NCBI GenBank assembly: GCA_047602405.1
Contig: JASGHJ010000002.1
Location: 3,456,001-3,520,000, forward strand
Length of the DNA stretch: 64,000 nt
Direction: 5' to 3'
Source of the DNA: Anaeromyxobacteraceae bacterium
GTDB taxonomy: Bacteria; Myxococcota; Myxococcia; Myxococcales; Anaeromyxobacteraceae
Each line of letters begins with the position of its first letter. The stretch's first letter is position 1. The notes under the pieces were generated by a model. That model worked only from the letters and a program-made list of their open reading frames with translations. It was not told the origin of the DNA and did not search any database. Positions 28,961 through 38,009 of the stretch are shown piece after piece. Position numbers and translations under genes: made by a program.

Positions 28961-30028
28961 ATGAAGCACCTCCCCCTCGTCGTGCCCGCCGTCGGGCTCG
29001 CCCTCCTTGTGGGGGGTGCCTTCCTGCCCTCGCATGGCCTCCTCGACCTTCTCCGTGGGGTCGTGCTCGTGGCCGCGGTGCTCGCGGCCGTGCACCACGC
29101 GGAGGTCGTCGCCCACCGCGTGGGCGAGCCGTTCGGCACGCTCGTGCTCGCCCTCGCGGTCACGGTCATCGAGGTGGCCCTGGTCGTCTCGATGATGCTC
29201 GCCGCGGGTCCCGAGAAGGCCGCGCTCGCCCGCGACACGATCTTCTCGACGGTGATGATCATCGCGAACGGGGTGATCGGCCTCTGCGTCCTCGTCGGCG
29301 GCCTGCGTCATCGTGAGCAGAGCTTCAAGGTGGAGGGCATGGGGCCGGCGTTCGCGTCCCTCGTGACGCTCGCCACCCTGGTGCTCGTGCTCCCGACCTT
29401 CACGCAGTCGGCGCCTGGCCCCGTGTACTCGCACAGCCAGCTCGTCTTCGCCGGGCTCGCGTCGCTGACGCTCTGGGGCGTCGTCACCTTCGCCCAGACG
29501 GTGCGGCATCGCGACTACTTCCTCCCGCCGGGCGGCGTCCTCGCCGACGACATCCACGCGGAGCCCCCGTCCGCGAGGCGGGCGCTCCTCTCGCTCGCCC
29601 TGCTCTTCGTCTCGCTCGTGTCGGTCGTCGGGCTCGCGAAGGTGCTCTCGCCTCGCGTCGAGGAAGCCGTCGCGGCGGCCGGCGCGCCGGAGTCGGTCAT
29701 CGGCATCGCCATCGCGCTCGTGGTGCTCCTGCCGGAGACGGTCGCCGCGGTGCGGGCGGCGCGGGCGGATCGCCTCCAAACCAGCCTCAACCTCGCGCTC
29801 GGCTCGGCGCTCGCGACCATCGGCCTGACCATCCCGGTCGTCGTGGCGGCCTCGCTCGTCATCGGCTTCCCGCTCGTACTCGGGCTCGAGGGGAAGGACC
29901 TCGTCCTCCTGCTCCTCACCGCGGTGGTGGGTGCGGTAACGCTCGGTCCGGGCCGGACCAGCATCCTCCAAGGCGCGATCCACCTTGTGGTGTTCGCGGC
30001 CTTCCTGTTCCTGGCGCTCGTACCGTAG
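28961..30028 (+). CDS. chaA: Ca2+/H+ antiporter (CaCA family)
   Basis: AVHHAEVVAHRVGEPFGTLVLALAVTVIEV; LLPE; NLALGSALATIGLTIP; LQGAIHL. Confidence 0.9.
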   Translation: MKHLPLVVPAVGLALLVGGAFLPSHGLLDLLRGVVLVAAVLAAVHHAEVVAHRVGEPFGTLVLALAVTVIEVALVVSMMLAAGPEKAALARDTIFSTVMIIANGVIGLCVLVGGLRHREQSFKVEGMGPAFASLVTLATLVLVLPTFTQSAPGPVYSHSQLVFAGLASLTLWGVVTFAQTVRHRDYFLPPGGVLADDIHAEPPSARRALLSLALLFVSLVSVVGLAKVLSPRVEEAVAAAGAPESVIGIAIALVVLLPETVAAVRAARADRLQTSLNLALGSALATIGLTIPVVVAASLVIGFPLVLGLEGKDLVLLLLTAVVGAVTLGPGRTSILQGAIHLVVFAAFLFLALVP

Positions 30029-30052
30029 CGGGCCGTACCAGCGAAGCGACGG

Positions 30053-30135
30053 CGACGGCGGTCCATCCCGGAGTCACGGCGGACGGTCCGACGGCGGTCC
30101 ATCCCGGAGTCACGGCGGACGGTCCCGGAGTACCG
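30053..30135 (+). repeat. Repeat cluster D: 36-bp direct duplication containing TCCCGGAGT x3
   Basis: CGACGGCGGTCCATCCCGGAGTCACGGCGGACGGTC x2; GAGT at 30071, 30107, 30128. Confidence 0.85.
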
Positions 30136-30206
30136 CCGATCGGCCGGTGGTCCGCGGCGCGGACCCTCCGCGATCAGCCCGAATACGTGATCACGCAGGC
30201 TTACGC

Positions 30207-30223
30207 CCGGCACGGCTCCTGCG
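30207..30223 (+). promoter_or_regulatory. Candidate sigma54 promoter of the RAYT-like gene
   Basis: ccGGCACGGCTCCTGCg = GG-N10-GC; ATG lies 14 nt after the GC. Confidence 0.55.
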
Positions 30224-30235
30224 ATGCAGCGCCGT

Positions 30236-31129
30236 ATGACCGCTCCCCGCCAGGTGCTCCAGGGCAAGACTTCACTCGTCACCCGCCGCACGGCCAGACA
30301 GGAATTCCTCCTCAAGCCGGCCAAGTACACCAGCGCACTCTTCGGCTATCTGCTCGCCGTCGCGTCCTCACGCTATGGGCTCGACGTCCACGCCTTCGTG
30401 GTGATGTCCAACCATTACCACCTCGTCGTCACCGACCATCACGCGCGGTTACCGCTCTTCTGCCAGTACCTCGACGGCCTGTGCGCGAGAGCGATGAACG
30501 TGGAGTGGGGCCGGTCGGAGGACTTCTGGGGGCCCCCGACCTTCAGCGACGTCACGCTCGTCACAAAGGAAGCGGTCCTCGCGAAGGTGCTCTACACGCT
30601 CACCAACCCCGTGGAGGCCGAGCTCGTTGCGAAGGGCAGCGAGTGGCCCGGGCTCTGGTCGAGCCCCGAGCTCATCGGCGCCGGCACGCTCACCTTCGAG
30701 CGTCCGGAGGGCTTCTTCGACCCCAAGGGCGTGATGCCAGAGCAGGCGTTCCTCACCCTCAAGACACCGTCCGGTTACACGAGGGAAGACTTCCACAGGC
30801 TGCTCACCGCGCAGCTCACCTCCTTCGAGGCGGACATGGCCAAAGCGCTCGAGCATCTCGGCCGCCGGGTCCTCGGGGTGAAGAAGGTCCTGAAGCAGCG
30901 CCACACCGACCGGCCGGCGGCCCGGGCGCAGCGCAGCGAGCTCAAGCCGCGCATCGCCACGCGGGACAAGTGGAGGCGGATCGAGGCGCTCGGGCGGCTG
31001 AAGGCGTTCCTCGAGGAGTATCAGGAGGCCATCACCCGGTACCGGGGCGGAGCGCACGACACGCGCTTCCCGGCCGGCACGTACTGGATGCGCGTCTGCT
31101 TCGGCGTGGCGTGCGCCGGGTCCGGGTAG
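30236..31129 (+). mobile_element. HUH Y1 transposase-family nuclease (RAYT/TnpA-REP-like) with C-terminal extension
   Basis: AFVVMSNHYHLVV (HUH), FW, Y...NPVEA.LV....WP catalytic Tyr region. About 150 extra C-terminal residues ending FPAGTYWMRV. No tnpB. Confidence 0.88.
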
Positions 31130-31154
31130 AAGGCCCGAGCGCGTCCGGTTCGGT

Positions 31155-32661
31155 TCAGCCCGGTAGCCGCACGGTCACCGTCGTCCCCTTCCCGACCTCG
31201 CTCGTGACGCTCACCTCGCCGCCGTGCGCGTCGACGATGCGCTTCACGAGCGCGAGCCCGAGCCCCGTCCCGCCGGTACCGCGCTGACGGCTGCGGTCGG
31301 TCCGGAAGAAGGGCGTGAAGAGGCGCGGCAAGTCCGCTGCCTCGATCCCGATACCCCGGTCCTGCACCTCGAGCACGGCGGTGCCGCCTTCGACGCGCAC
31401 CCGCACCGTGATCGGCGCGGGCGCTTCGGAGTACTTCCCAGCATTGTCGACGAGGTTCGCGACCAGCCGCCGCAGCAGCGCGGCGTCGCCCTGGACCGCG
31501 ACCCCTGCGCCCCGACTCTCGGATGGCACGGTGGAACTCTGGGACGGACCTGCGTCGGGGAGACTCTGGGACGGGCTGGGGAGACTCCCGGACGGGGTGA
31601 TGAGCTCGACCACCCGGGCGGGGTGTGCCTCCCCCCACCGCCCCGCCGCCTCCCTCGCCACCACCTCGAGATCCACCGGGGCGCGCTGGATCGGCCACCG
31701 CGAACCCTGGCCGCTCGCGGCCTCCAGGTTCGCCATGTCGAGCCGCGCGGCGGCGAGGACGTCCTCGACCAGCCGGTCCAGCTCGTCGAGGTCGGCCCCG
31801 ATGCCGGCGAGGTGCCGCCGCGCCTTCTCGAGGTCCCCCTCCGCCGCGAGCTCGAGCGCCACCCGGATGCGCGCCATGGGGGTCCTCAGCTCGTGCGACA
31901 CGTTCGCGAGCAGCTCCTGCTCCGACCGCACCAGCCGCTCGAGCCGCGCCGCGGCCTCGTCGAACGTCCGCCCGAGCTCGCCCACCTCGCCCCGGCCGCG
32001 CACGTTCGCGCGCGCCGAGAGGTCTCCCTCCCCGAGCCGCCGGGCGGCGTCGGTGATGCGCTCGAGCGGCGCCGCGATCGACCGCGCGAGCGGGACCGAC
32101 CCGACCGCCAGCGCGAAGAGCACCGCGCCGATGATCGAGATCAGCCGGATCACGTGGTCCTCCGCCGGCGGCGGAGGGGTGGCGAGCAGCATCGCCCCGC
32201 CGCGCAGCGGCACCGCCCAGCCCCAGGGACGCCCGTGCAGCCGCTGCGCCTCCCGGAGCGGCGCCTCGCCGGCCCGCTCGCGCGGGATTGGCGGCTCCGC
32301 GCTGGACGCGACGAGCGTCCCGTCGCCGTCCCACACCGTGGCGCGCACGCCGAACGCCTCGCGAACCCGCAGGAGCTCGGCCGCGAGGCGCCGCGGATCC
32401 TGCCGCAGCTCCTCCACCCGCGTCGTCGCGTACTCCACCGCGGGCCCGCCGCCGTTCCAGACGCTGCCGGGACGGAACAGCCAGCCCGTCACCCCGACCG
32501 CAACCGCCACGAGCACGAGGAGCGCCACGCCGTGCAGGTAGACGCGCCAGAAGAGACGGCCCGTGGCCGTGGCGGTGGTGCCGCCGGTGGTGGCGCAGGT
32601 GCCTGAATTGCGCCCGCCGCCACTCGCGCGGGTCCCTCCGCTCCGCGCCGTCCGGCCTCAC
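31155..32661 (-). CDS. HAMP-domain sensor histidine kinase (CpxA-like; apparent +1 frameshift at about 32560; in-frame repeat insertion)
   Basis: HAMP, NVSHELRTPMARI, NLVDNAGKY, DRGIGI, GTGLGL. GTG at 32661 overlaps the regulator stop and gives a His-rich N-terminus. Confidence 0.88.
31511..31597 (-). repeat. Repeat cluster E: CCRTCCSRGAGT x4, inside the kinase CDS
   Basis: ACTC at 31515, 31536, 31563, 31584; encodes PSGSLPSPSQSLPDAGPSQSSTVPSESRG. Confidence 0.85.
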
Positions 32662-33365
32662 TCGCCGTCCCCCGCGAGGAGATACCCCGCGCCGCGCACG
32701 GTCTTCACGAGGCGAGGCTTCTTCGGGTCGTCGCCGAGCTTCTGCCGCAGCCGCGAGACGTGCACGTCGATGGACCGGTCGAAGGCCTCTTCCGCGGTGC
32801 CCTTCGCGAGCTCCATCAGCTGCTCGCGCGTGAGCACCCGCCCCGCCCGGCGCGCGAGCGCCTCGAGGAGCGCGAACTCGTAGCCGGTGAGGACGATCTC
32901 CTTGCCGTCGAGCGTCACCCTCCGCGAAGCGGGCTCGACGACGAGCCCGCCCACCTCGATGGTGTCGAGCGCCGGCCCCGCCCGCCCCTTGGCGCGGCGG
33001 GTGACCGCGCGGAGGCGGGCGAGGAGCTCGCGCGGCGAGAAGGGCTTCGGGAGGTAGTCGTCGGCCCCGAGCTCGAGGCCGAGCACCCGGTCCGCCTCCT
33101 CGCCGCGCGCGGTCAGGACCAGGATCGGCACGTCGGAGCGGGCCCGGAGCTCCCGGCAGACCTCGAGCCCGTCCTTGCCCGGCAGCATGAGGTCGAGCAG
33201 CACGGCGTCGTACCGCGTGCGCACCGCCTCATCGAGCCCGCGCTTCCCGTCCGTGACGTGCGTGATGGCGACGCCGTGGCCGGCGAGGTACTCCGACGTC
33301 AGCGCGGCGAGCCGGGTGTCGTCCTCGACGAGGAGCACGTTCAGGGGTGTCGTCGTCTCGGCCAT
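32658..33365 (-). CDS. OmpR-family response regulator (CpxR-like)
   Basis: VEDD, LDLMLP, GLELGADDYLPKPF, DRSIDVHVSRLRQKL, KTVRGAGY. Alternative start at 33377. Confidence 0.93.
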   Translation of the reverse strand: MAETTTPLNVLLVEDDTRLAALTSEYLAGHGVAITHVTDGKRGLDEAVRTRYDAVLLDLMLPGKDGLEVCRELRARSDVPILVLTARGEEADRVLGLELGADDYLPKPFSPRELLARLRAVTRRAKGRAGPALDTIEVGGLVVEPASRRVTLDGKEIVLTGYEFALLEALARRAGRVLTREQLMELAKGTAEEAFDRSIDVHVSRLRQKLGDDPKKPRLVKTVRGAGYLLAGDGE

Positions 33366-33435
33366 CGGCGCCTTCATTGTACAGCCCCGGGACCGCCGGG
33401 ACCTTCGGGAGAAGCGAGAGCCAGAGCCAGAGCAT

Positions 33436-33900
33436 CTACCGCTCCCAGCGGCTCATGTGGCGCTCGACCTTCTTCGTGACCTTCTCGCGCTGCTCCGGCG
33501 TGAGCGTGTCGTGCACCTCGACCGCGGCGTCGACCGCCTGGTGGGCGATCGCGCGGGCGGCCTCGATGCGCTCGTCGACGAGGGCGTGGAGCTGGGCCTT
33601 GTCCGGGTTCGGGGACTTCCAGGCCTCGAGGGCCACCTCGTGGCCGGACCTGCCGGCGTCGTGGAACGCGCGGCCGGCGGCGAGCAACCGGTCGGCGACC
33701 GCGTGCAGCTGGGTGCGCTGCGCGGGCGTGGCGTCGAGATCGTCGAGCGCGTCGTCGACGCGGTCGTTCACGAACGCGGCCACCTCGGCGGGGTCGTGCA
33801 TGCGGTGCTGGAAGCGCCAGCCGGCGAGGGTGACGACGCCACCCAGGACGACGAGGCCGGTGACGGAGGCGGTGAGGACGCGCTTCAGGGTCGGGTTCAT
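33436..33900 (-). CDS. Spy/CpxP-like periplasmic protein (heavy-metal sensor family)
   Basis: Signal/TM segment; LDATPAQR and LTPEQREK (LTxxQ) motifs. Confidence 0.8.
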   Translation of the reverse strand: MNPTLKRVLTASVTGLVVLGGVVTLAGWRFQHRMHDPAEVAAFVNDRVDDALDDLDATPAQRTQLHAVADRLLAAGRAFHDAGRSGHEVALEAWKSPNPDKAQLHALVDERIEAARAIAHQAVDAAVEVHDTLTPEQREKVTKKVERHMSRWER

Positions 33901-34093
33901 GTCGGGTGCCTTCCTTCTCTTCGTGCGTGAGGCCGTCCGGGAGGGGCGGGCCGTCTTCGATGGTGAGAAGATGCCCGTCCCCCGTTGCCCGCCCTTGTCC
34001 GGAATCTGAAGAAGCGTTAAGCACGGCGCTCGCCTCCGGGGGGCCCGCAGCACCACCCCGGCACCACATGAAAACCCTCCGGAGAACGCACCC

Positions 34094-36083
34094 TTGAGCC
34101 TCGTCGTCGCGAGCGGCATCACGCTGGCCCACGGCGATCGTGTGCCTCTTCGACGAGGAGGGGTTCTCGGTCGGCCCCCGGGACCGGGTCGGTCTCGTGG
34201 GCGCGAACGGCACCGGGAAGTCGACGCTCCTCAAGATCCTCGCGGGCACGCTCGAGCCGGACGCGGGCACCCTCACCTGGCGCCGCGGCGCGCGCGCGGG
34301 CTACCTGCCGCAGGACGTGGCGGAGCTCCCCGACATGCCGCTCGTCGAGGCGGTGCTCGCGACGGTGCCCGGCCGCTCGGCGCTCGAGGAGCGCGTCCTC
34401 TCGGTCGAGGCGGAGCTCGCGGTCGCGCGCGCGGAGGAGGATCAGCTCGAGCTCGCCGCGATGCTCGCCTCGCTCCACGACGACCTCGCGCACTTCGAGG
34501 AGCGCCACGGCAAGCACCGCGCGGAGCGGATCCTCGGGGGGCTGGGCTTCTCGGAGGCCGACCTCGCGAAGGCGGCCCGCACCTTCTCCGGCGGCTGGAA
34601 GATGCGCGCCGCGCTCGCCGGGCTCCTGCTCCAGGACCCGGACCTCCTGCTGCTCGACGAGCCCACGAACCACCTCGACGTCCCGACGCTCGCCTGGTTC
34701 GACGCGTTCCTGCGCGGCACGCCGCGCGCCGTCGTGCTCGTCACCCACGACCGCGACTTCATGAACCGGCAGGTCGACCGGGTGATGTCGCTCGAGCTCG
34801 AGGGGCTGCGCAGCTGGTCCGGGAACTACGACCAGTACCTCGCCCAGCGCGCCGAGGAGGAGGAGCGCCTCGCGGCGGCCGCCGCCCGCCAGGAGGCGCG
34901 CATCGCCGAGCTGACCCGCTTCATCGAGCGGTTCGGCGCGAAGGCCTCGAAGGCGTCCCAGGCGCGCTCGCGCCAGAAGATGCTCGACCGGATGGAGCGG
35001 ATCCAGACGGTGGAGCAGCGCGCGACCGTGAGCTTCCGCTTCGCGGAGGCGCCCCACTCCGGGAAGGAGGTCCTCAAGGTCGAGGGCCTGCGGAAGGCCT
35101 TCGGCACGAAGGTGGTCTACGACGGCCTCACGGCGACCATCCAGCGCGGCGAGCGCGTCGCGGTCATCGGGCCGAACGGCGCGGGCAAGTCGACGCTCCT
35201 CAAGATCGTGGCCGGCGAGCTCGCGCCCGACCGCGGCGTCGTGAAGCTCGGCCACGGCGTCGTGCCCGCCTACTACGCGCAGCACCTCTTCGAGCGCGGC
35301 GAGCACGGCGAGGGCTCGCCCTTCGGCGCGCTCGACCCGTCTCGCACGGTGCTCGACACGCTCTGGGACCTCGTGCCGGACCGCGGCGAGGCCTACGTGC
35401 GCAGCATCGCGGGCTCGTTCCTCTTCTCGGGCGACGACGTCGAGAAGAAGATCGGCGTCCTCTCCGGCGGCGAGCGCTCCCGCGTCGCGCTCGCCCGGAT
35501 CCTGCTCGTGCCGGCGAACCTGCTCGTCCTCGACGAGCCGACGAACCACCTCGACATCGCCTCCGCCGAGGCGCTCATCCGGGCGCTCCGGTCCTTCGAG
35601 GGCACGCTGCTCTTCGTCTCGCACAACCGCTCGTTCGCGAACCAGCTCGCGACCGCGTGCTGGGAGGTGAAGGACGGCGGCGTGCTCCCCTTCCCCGGCA
35701 ACCTCGACGACTGGCTCTACCACCAGAAGCAGCTCGCCGAGGCCGGGGCGCTCGACGGCGCCGCGGGCCACGGGAACGCACAGGGCGGCGCCGCGCGGGC
35801 GCCGGTCAGCGAGAAGGACCGCAAGCGCCTCGAGGCCGAGGCCCGGAACGCGCGCTACCGGCTCGAGAAGCCGCTCAGGGACGAGATCGCGAAGCTCGAG
35901 CAGCGCATCGCCGTGCTCGAGAAGGCCGAGAAGGAGGCCTCGACCGCGCTCGCCGACCCTGCGCTCTACCAGGACTTCGCCCGCGCGAAGCCGTACATCG
36001 ACGCGCAGCGCGAGGCGAAGGACGAGCTCGACGGGCTCTACGCCCGGTGGGAGAAGGCGAACGAGGAGCTCTCCGGGCTCTGA
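34094..36083 (+). CDS. ABC-F family ATPase (apparent +1 frameshift at about 34145)
   Basis: Two NBDs (GANGTGKST/FSGGWKMR; GPNGAGKST/LSGGERSR), LDEPTNHLD x2, C-terminal coiled coil, no TM. Confidence 0.92.
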
Positions 36084-36148
36084 ACGCGGCCGCGGCGAGC
36101 CCGCTCTCCCGGAACTCGCCGCGCGCGTTGCTCCTGTCGTCCGCTCCG

Positions 36149-36826
36149 TCAGTGGTGTCCGCCGCCGTCGTCCGTGCCGCCGCCATCACCACCGCCGCCG
36201 TTGTCGTCCGTCCCGCCGCCGCTCGTGCCACCGCCTCCGTTGTCGTCACCCGGCTCCGCCGCGCCACCGCCTCCGTTGTCGTCGCCCGGCTCCGCCGCGC
36301 CGCCGCCACCGTTGTCGTCGCCCGGCTCCGCCGCGCCGCCACCGCCGTGGTCGTCCCCCGGCTCGGCCTCGCCGTGCCCGCCGTCGTCGTCGCCCGCCTC
36401 GAGCTCGAACGTCCCGTCGTCGTCTCCGTGGCCCGAGACCTCGCCGTCCTTGCCGTGGTCGTCGGTCGCGTCGGCGCGCTTGCCGTGGTCGTCCACCTTC
36501 GTGACCTTCAGCGCCGCCGTCGCCGGCACGCCCGCCGGGCGGTCGAACAGGACGTGGAACGGGGTCGACAGCGCCGCGCCGGTGGTCCTCACCTCGACCG
36601 CGCGGAGCGCCTTGCCGGGCTCGCGCTCGGCGAGGCTGATCTCGAGCTCGCCCGAGGTCACCGCGCCCGCCGGCACCTCCACGCGGACGCCCGCGCCGGG
36701 CAGCTCGATGACGCCGCCCGCCGCGTCGATCGTGCCCTTCACCTCACCCCGCTCCGTGCCGCCGCACGCCGCGAGAACCACCGCCACCAGCGCCACCGAG
36801 AAGCCGTTCCGCGTCGAGATCGTCAT
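36149..36826 (-). CDS. Lipoprotein with C-terminal EPGDD(H/N)GGGG repeats
   Basis: Lipobox LAAC-GG; AAGGAG RBS; acidic Gly/His-rich tail. Confidence 0.7.
   Translation of the reverse strand: MTISTRNGFSVALVAVVLAACGGTERGEVKGTIDAAGGVIELPGAGVRVEVPAGAVTSGELEISLAEREPGKALRAVEVRTTGAALSTPFHVLFDRPAGVPATAALKVTKVDDHGKRADATDDHGKDGEVSGHGDDDGTFELEAGDDDGGHGEAEPGDDHGGGGAAEPGDDNGGGGAAEPGDDNGGGGAAEPGDDNGGGGTSGGGTDDNGGGGDGGGTDDGGGHH
36150..36400 (-). repeat. Coding 36-bp tandem repeat (AAEPGDDNGGGG)
   Basis: About 4 near-perfect units plus degenerate copies. Confidence 0.8.
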
Positions 36827-36900
36827 GGTGTGTCTCCTTGAGGTGGACACACCGCGGACGACTCGACCTGGGACAGACCCGCCCGGGGCCCGCTGGGTAC

Positions 36901-37754
36901 CTACCGGCCAATCCCCAGAATCCCCCCGCAGCCCCTCGACGTCCAGCCCCTGCTCCTCGGCGAGATTCGAGCAGCGCCGCCGCGCGTGCCTCGTCGGCTG
37001 GGCCACCCGAGCCCTGCGAGACCATCACGGCCAGCGTCGCGCTCGCGCGCGCGTTGCCGGCCTCGCTCGCGAGCCCGTACCAGCGACGCGCCTCGACCTC
37101 GTCCCGCTCGACGCCGGCGCCCGTCGCGTGGAAGGCGCCCATGTTGTACGCGGCCCGCGGGTGGCCCGCCTCGGCGGCCCTGCGGCACCAGTCGAGCGAC
37201 GCGACCGGATCCTTCGGCACGCCGAGGCCGCTCGCGAGCAGCACCGAGACCTCGAACATCGCGTCGGGCGACCCGCGCGAGGCGGCGGCCTCGTGCAGGC
37301 GAAAGCTCTCCGGGACGTCCCGGGCCCGGCCCCAGCCGTGGAACGCGAGCAGGCCGGCGAGGTAGCCCCAGCGGCCGCCCGGATCGTCGGCGATCATCCG
37401 CAGCGTGGCCTCTTGCGCGCCGGCGGCGGACGCGGGCGGCGCCTCGAGCTCGGCGCGCGCCGCGGGGAGCACGCGGATGAGCTCGTCGCGGCCGTCGACC
37501 GACTCGAGCGCGACGGCGCGGCTCGCGCAGTCGGCGGCGTCCGCGACCGAGAACGCGAGGCCCCCCGGATCGAGGTGGTAGCGGGCGAGCGCGGTCCAGG
37601 CCTCGCGCACGCCCGCGGCGGCGAGCGCGTGGAGCTCGCGCTCCATCCAGCGGAGCTCCTCGAGGGAGAGGATCCCCACGGCGGCGTCACCGCGCAGGCT
37701 CTGCTGGCGCAGCTCCTCGCAGCGGGCGAGGCGGTCGCGGAGGTCGTCGTCCAC
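36901..37754 (-). CDS. Sel1-repeat (SLR) protein (two apparent +1 frameshifts at about 36965 and 36920)
   Basis: G.GV.KD...W..RAAEAGH..A.YNMG..H..G.GV.RD repeats. Corrected end LLDLAEEQGLDVEGLRGDLGIGR* at TAG 36901-36903. Confidence 0.8.
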
Positions 37755-37760
37755 GCCGCG

Positions 37761-37958
37761 TCAGCTCCGATCGCGCACGGGCACCGGCGGCGCGGCCGGG
37801 GCGTCGGGATTGCCCGGCCAGACCGGCCGCGGCGTCTCGCCGTCGGGGAACGTGACCTTGCCCGCGAGCACGCAGCCGCGCATCCCGGGGCGGCAGTACG
37901 CGCCCGGGACCTTCTGGCAGAGGCCGTTCACCTCGTGCGGGCAGGACCAGGAGGACAC
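37761..37958 (-). CDS. Small Cys-rich protein
   Basis: WSCPHE..GLC......C.PGMRGCVL; ends 6 bp before the Sel1 gene. Confidence 0.6.
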   Translation of the reverse strand: MSSWSCPHEVNGLCQKVPGAYCRPGMRGCVLAGKVTFPDGETPRPVWPGNPDAPAAPPVPVRDRS

Positions 37959-38009
37959 CCCCCGAGCCTACGCCAGGAGGGCCCGCGCTGTCCCCGGGGG
38001 CCGGCCGCG

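Noticed and set aside
30236..31129. Canonical IS200/IS605 element
   Set aside because: No tnpB, no matching subterminal hairpins at both ends, and the protein is much longer than IS200 TnpA.
25482..31597. CRISPR or TIGR-type array interpretation of the repeats
   Set aside because: The constant part is only about 10-12 nt with 3-4 units per cluster, and there is no cas or Nop-domain gene in the window.
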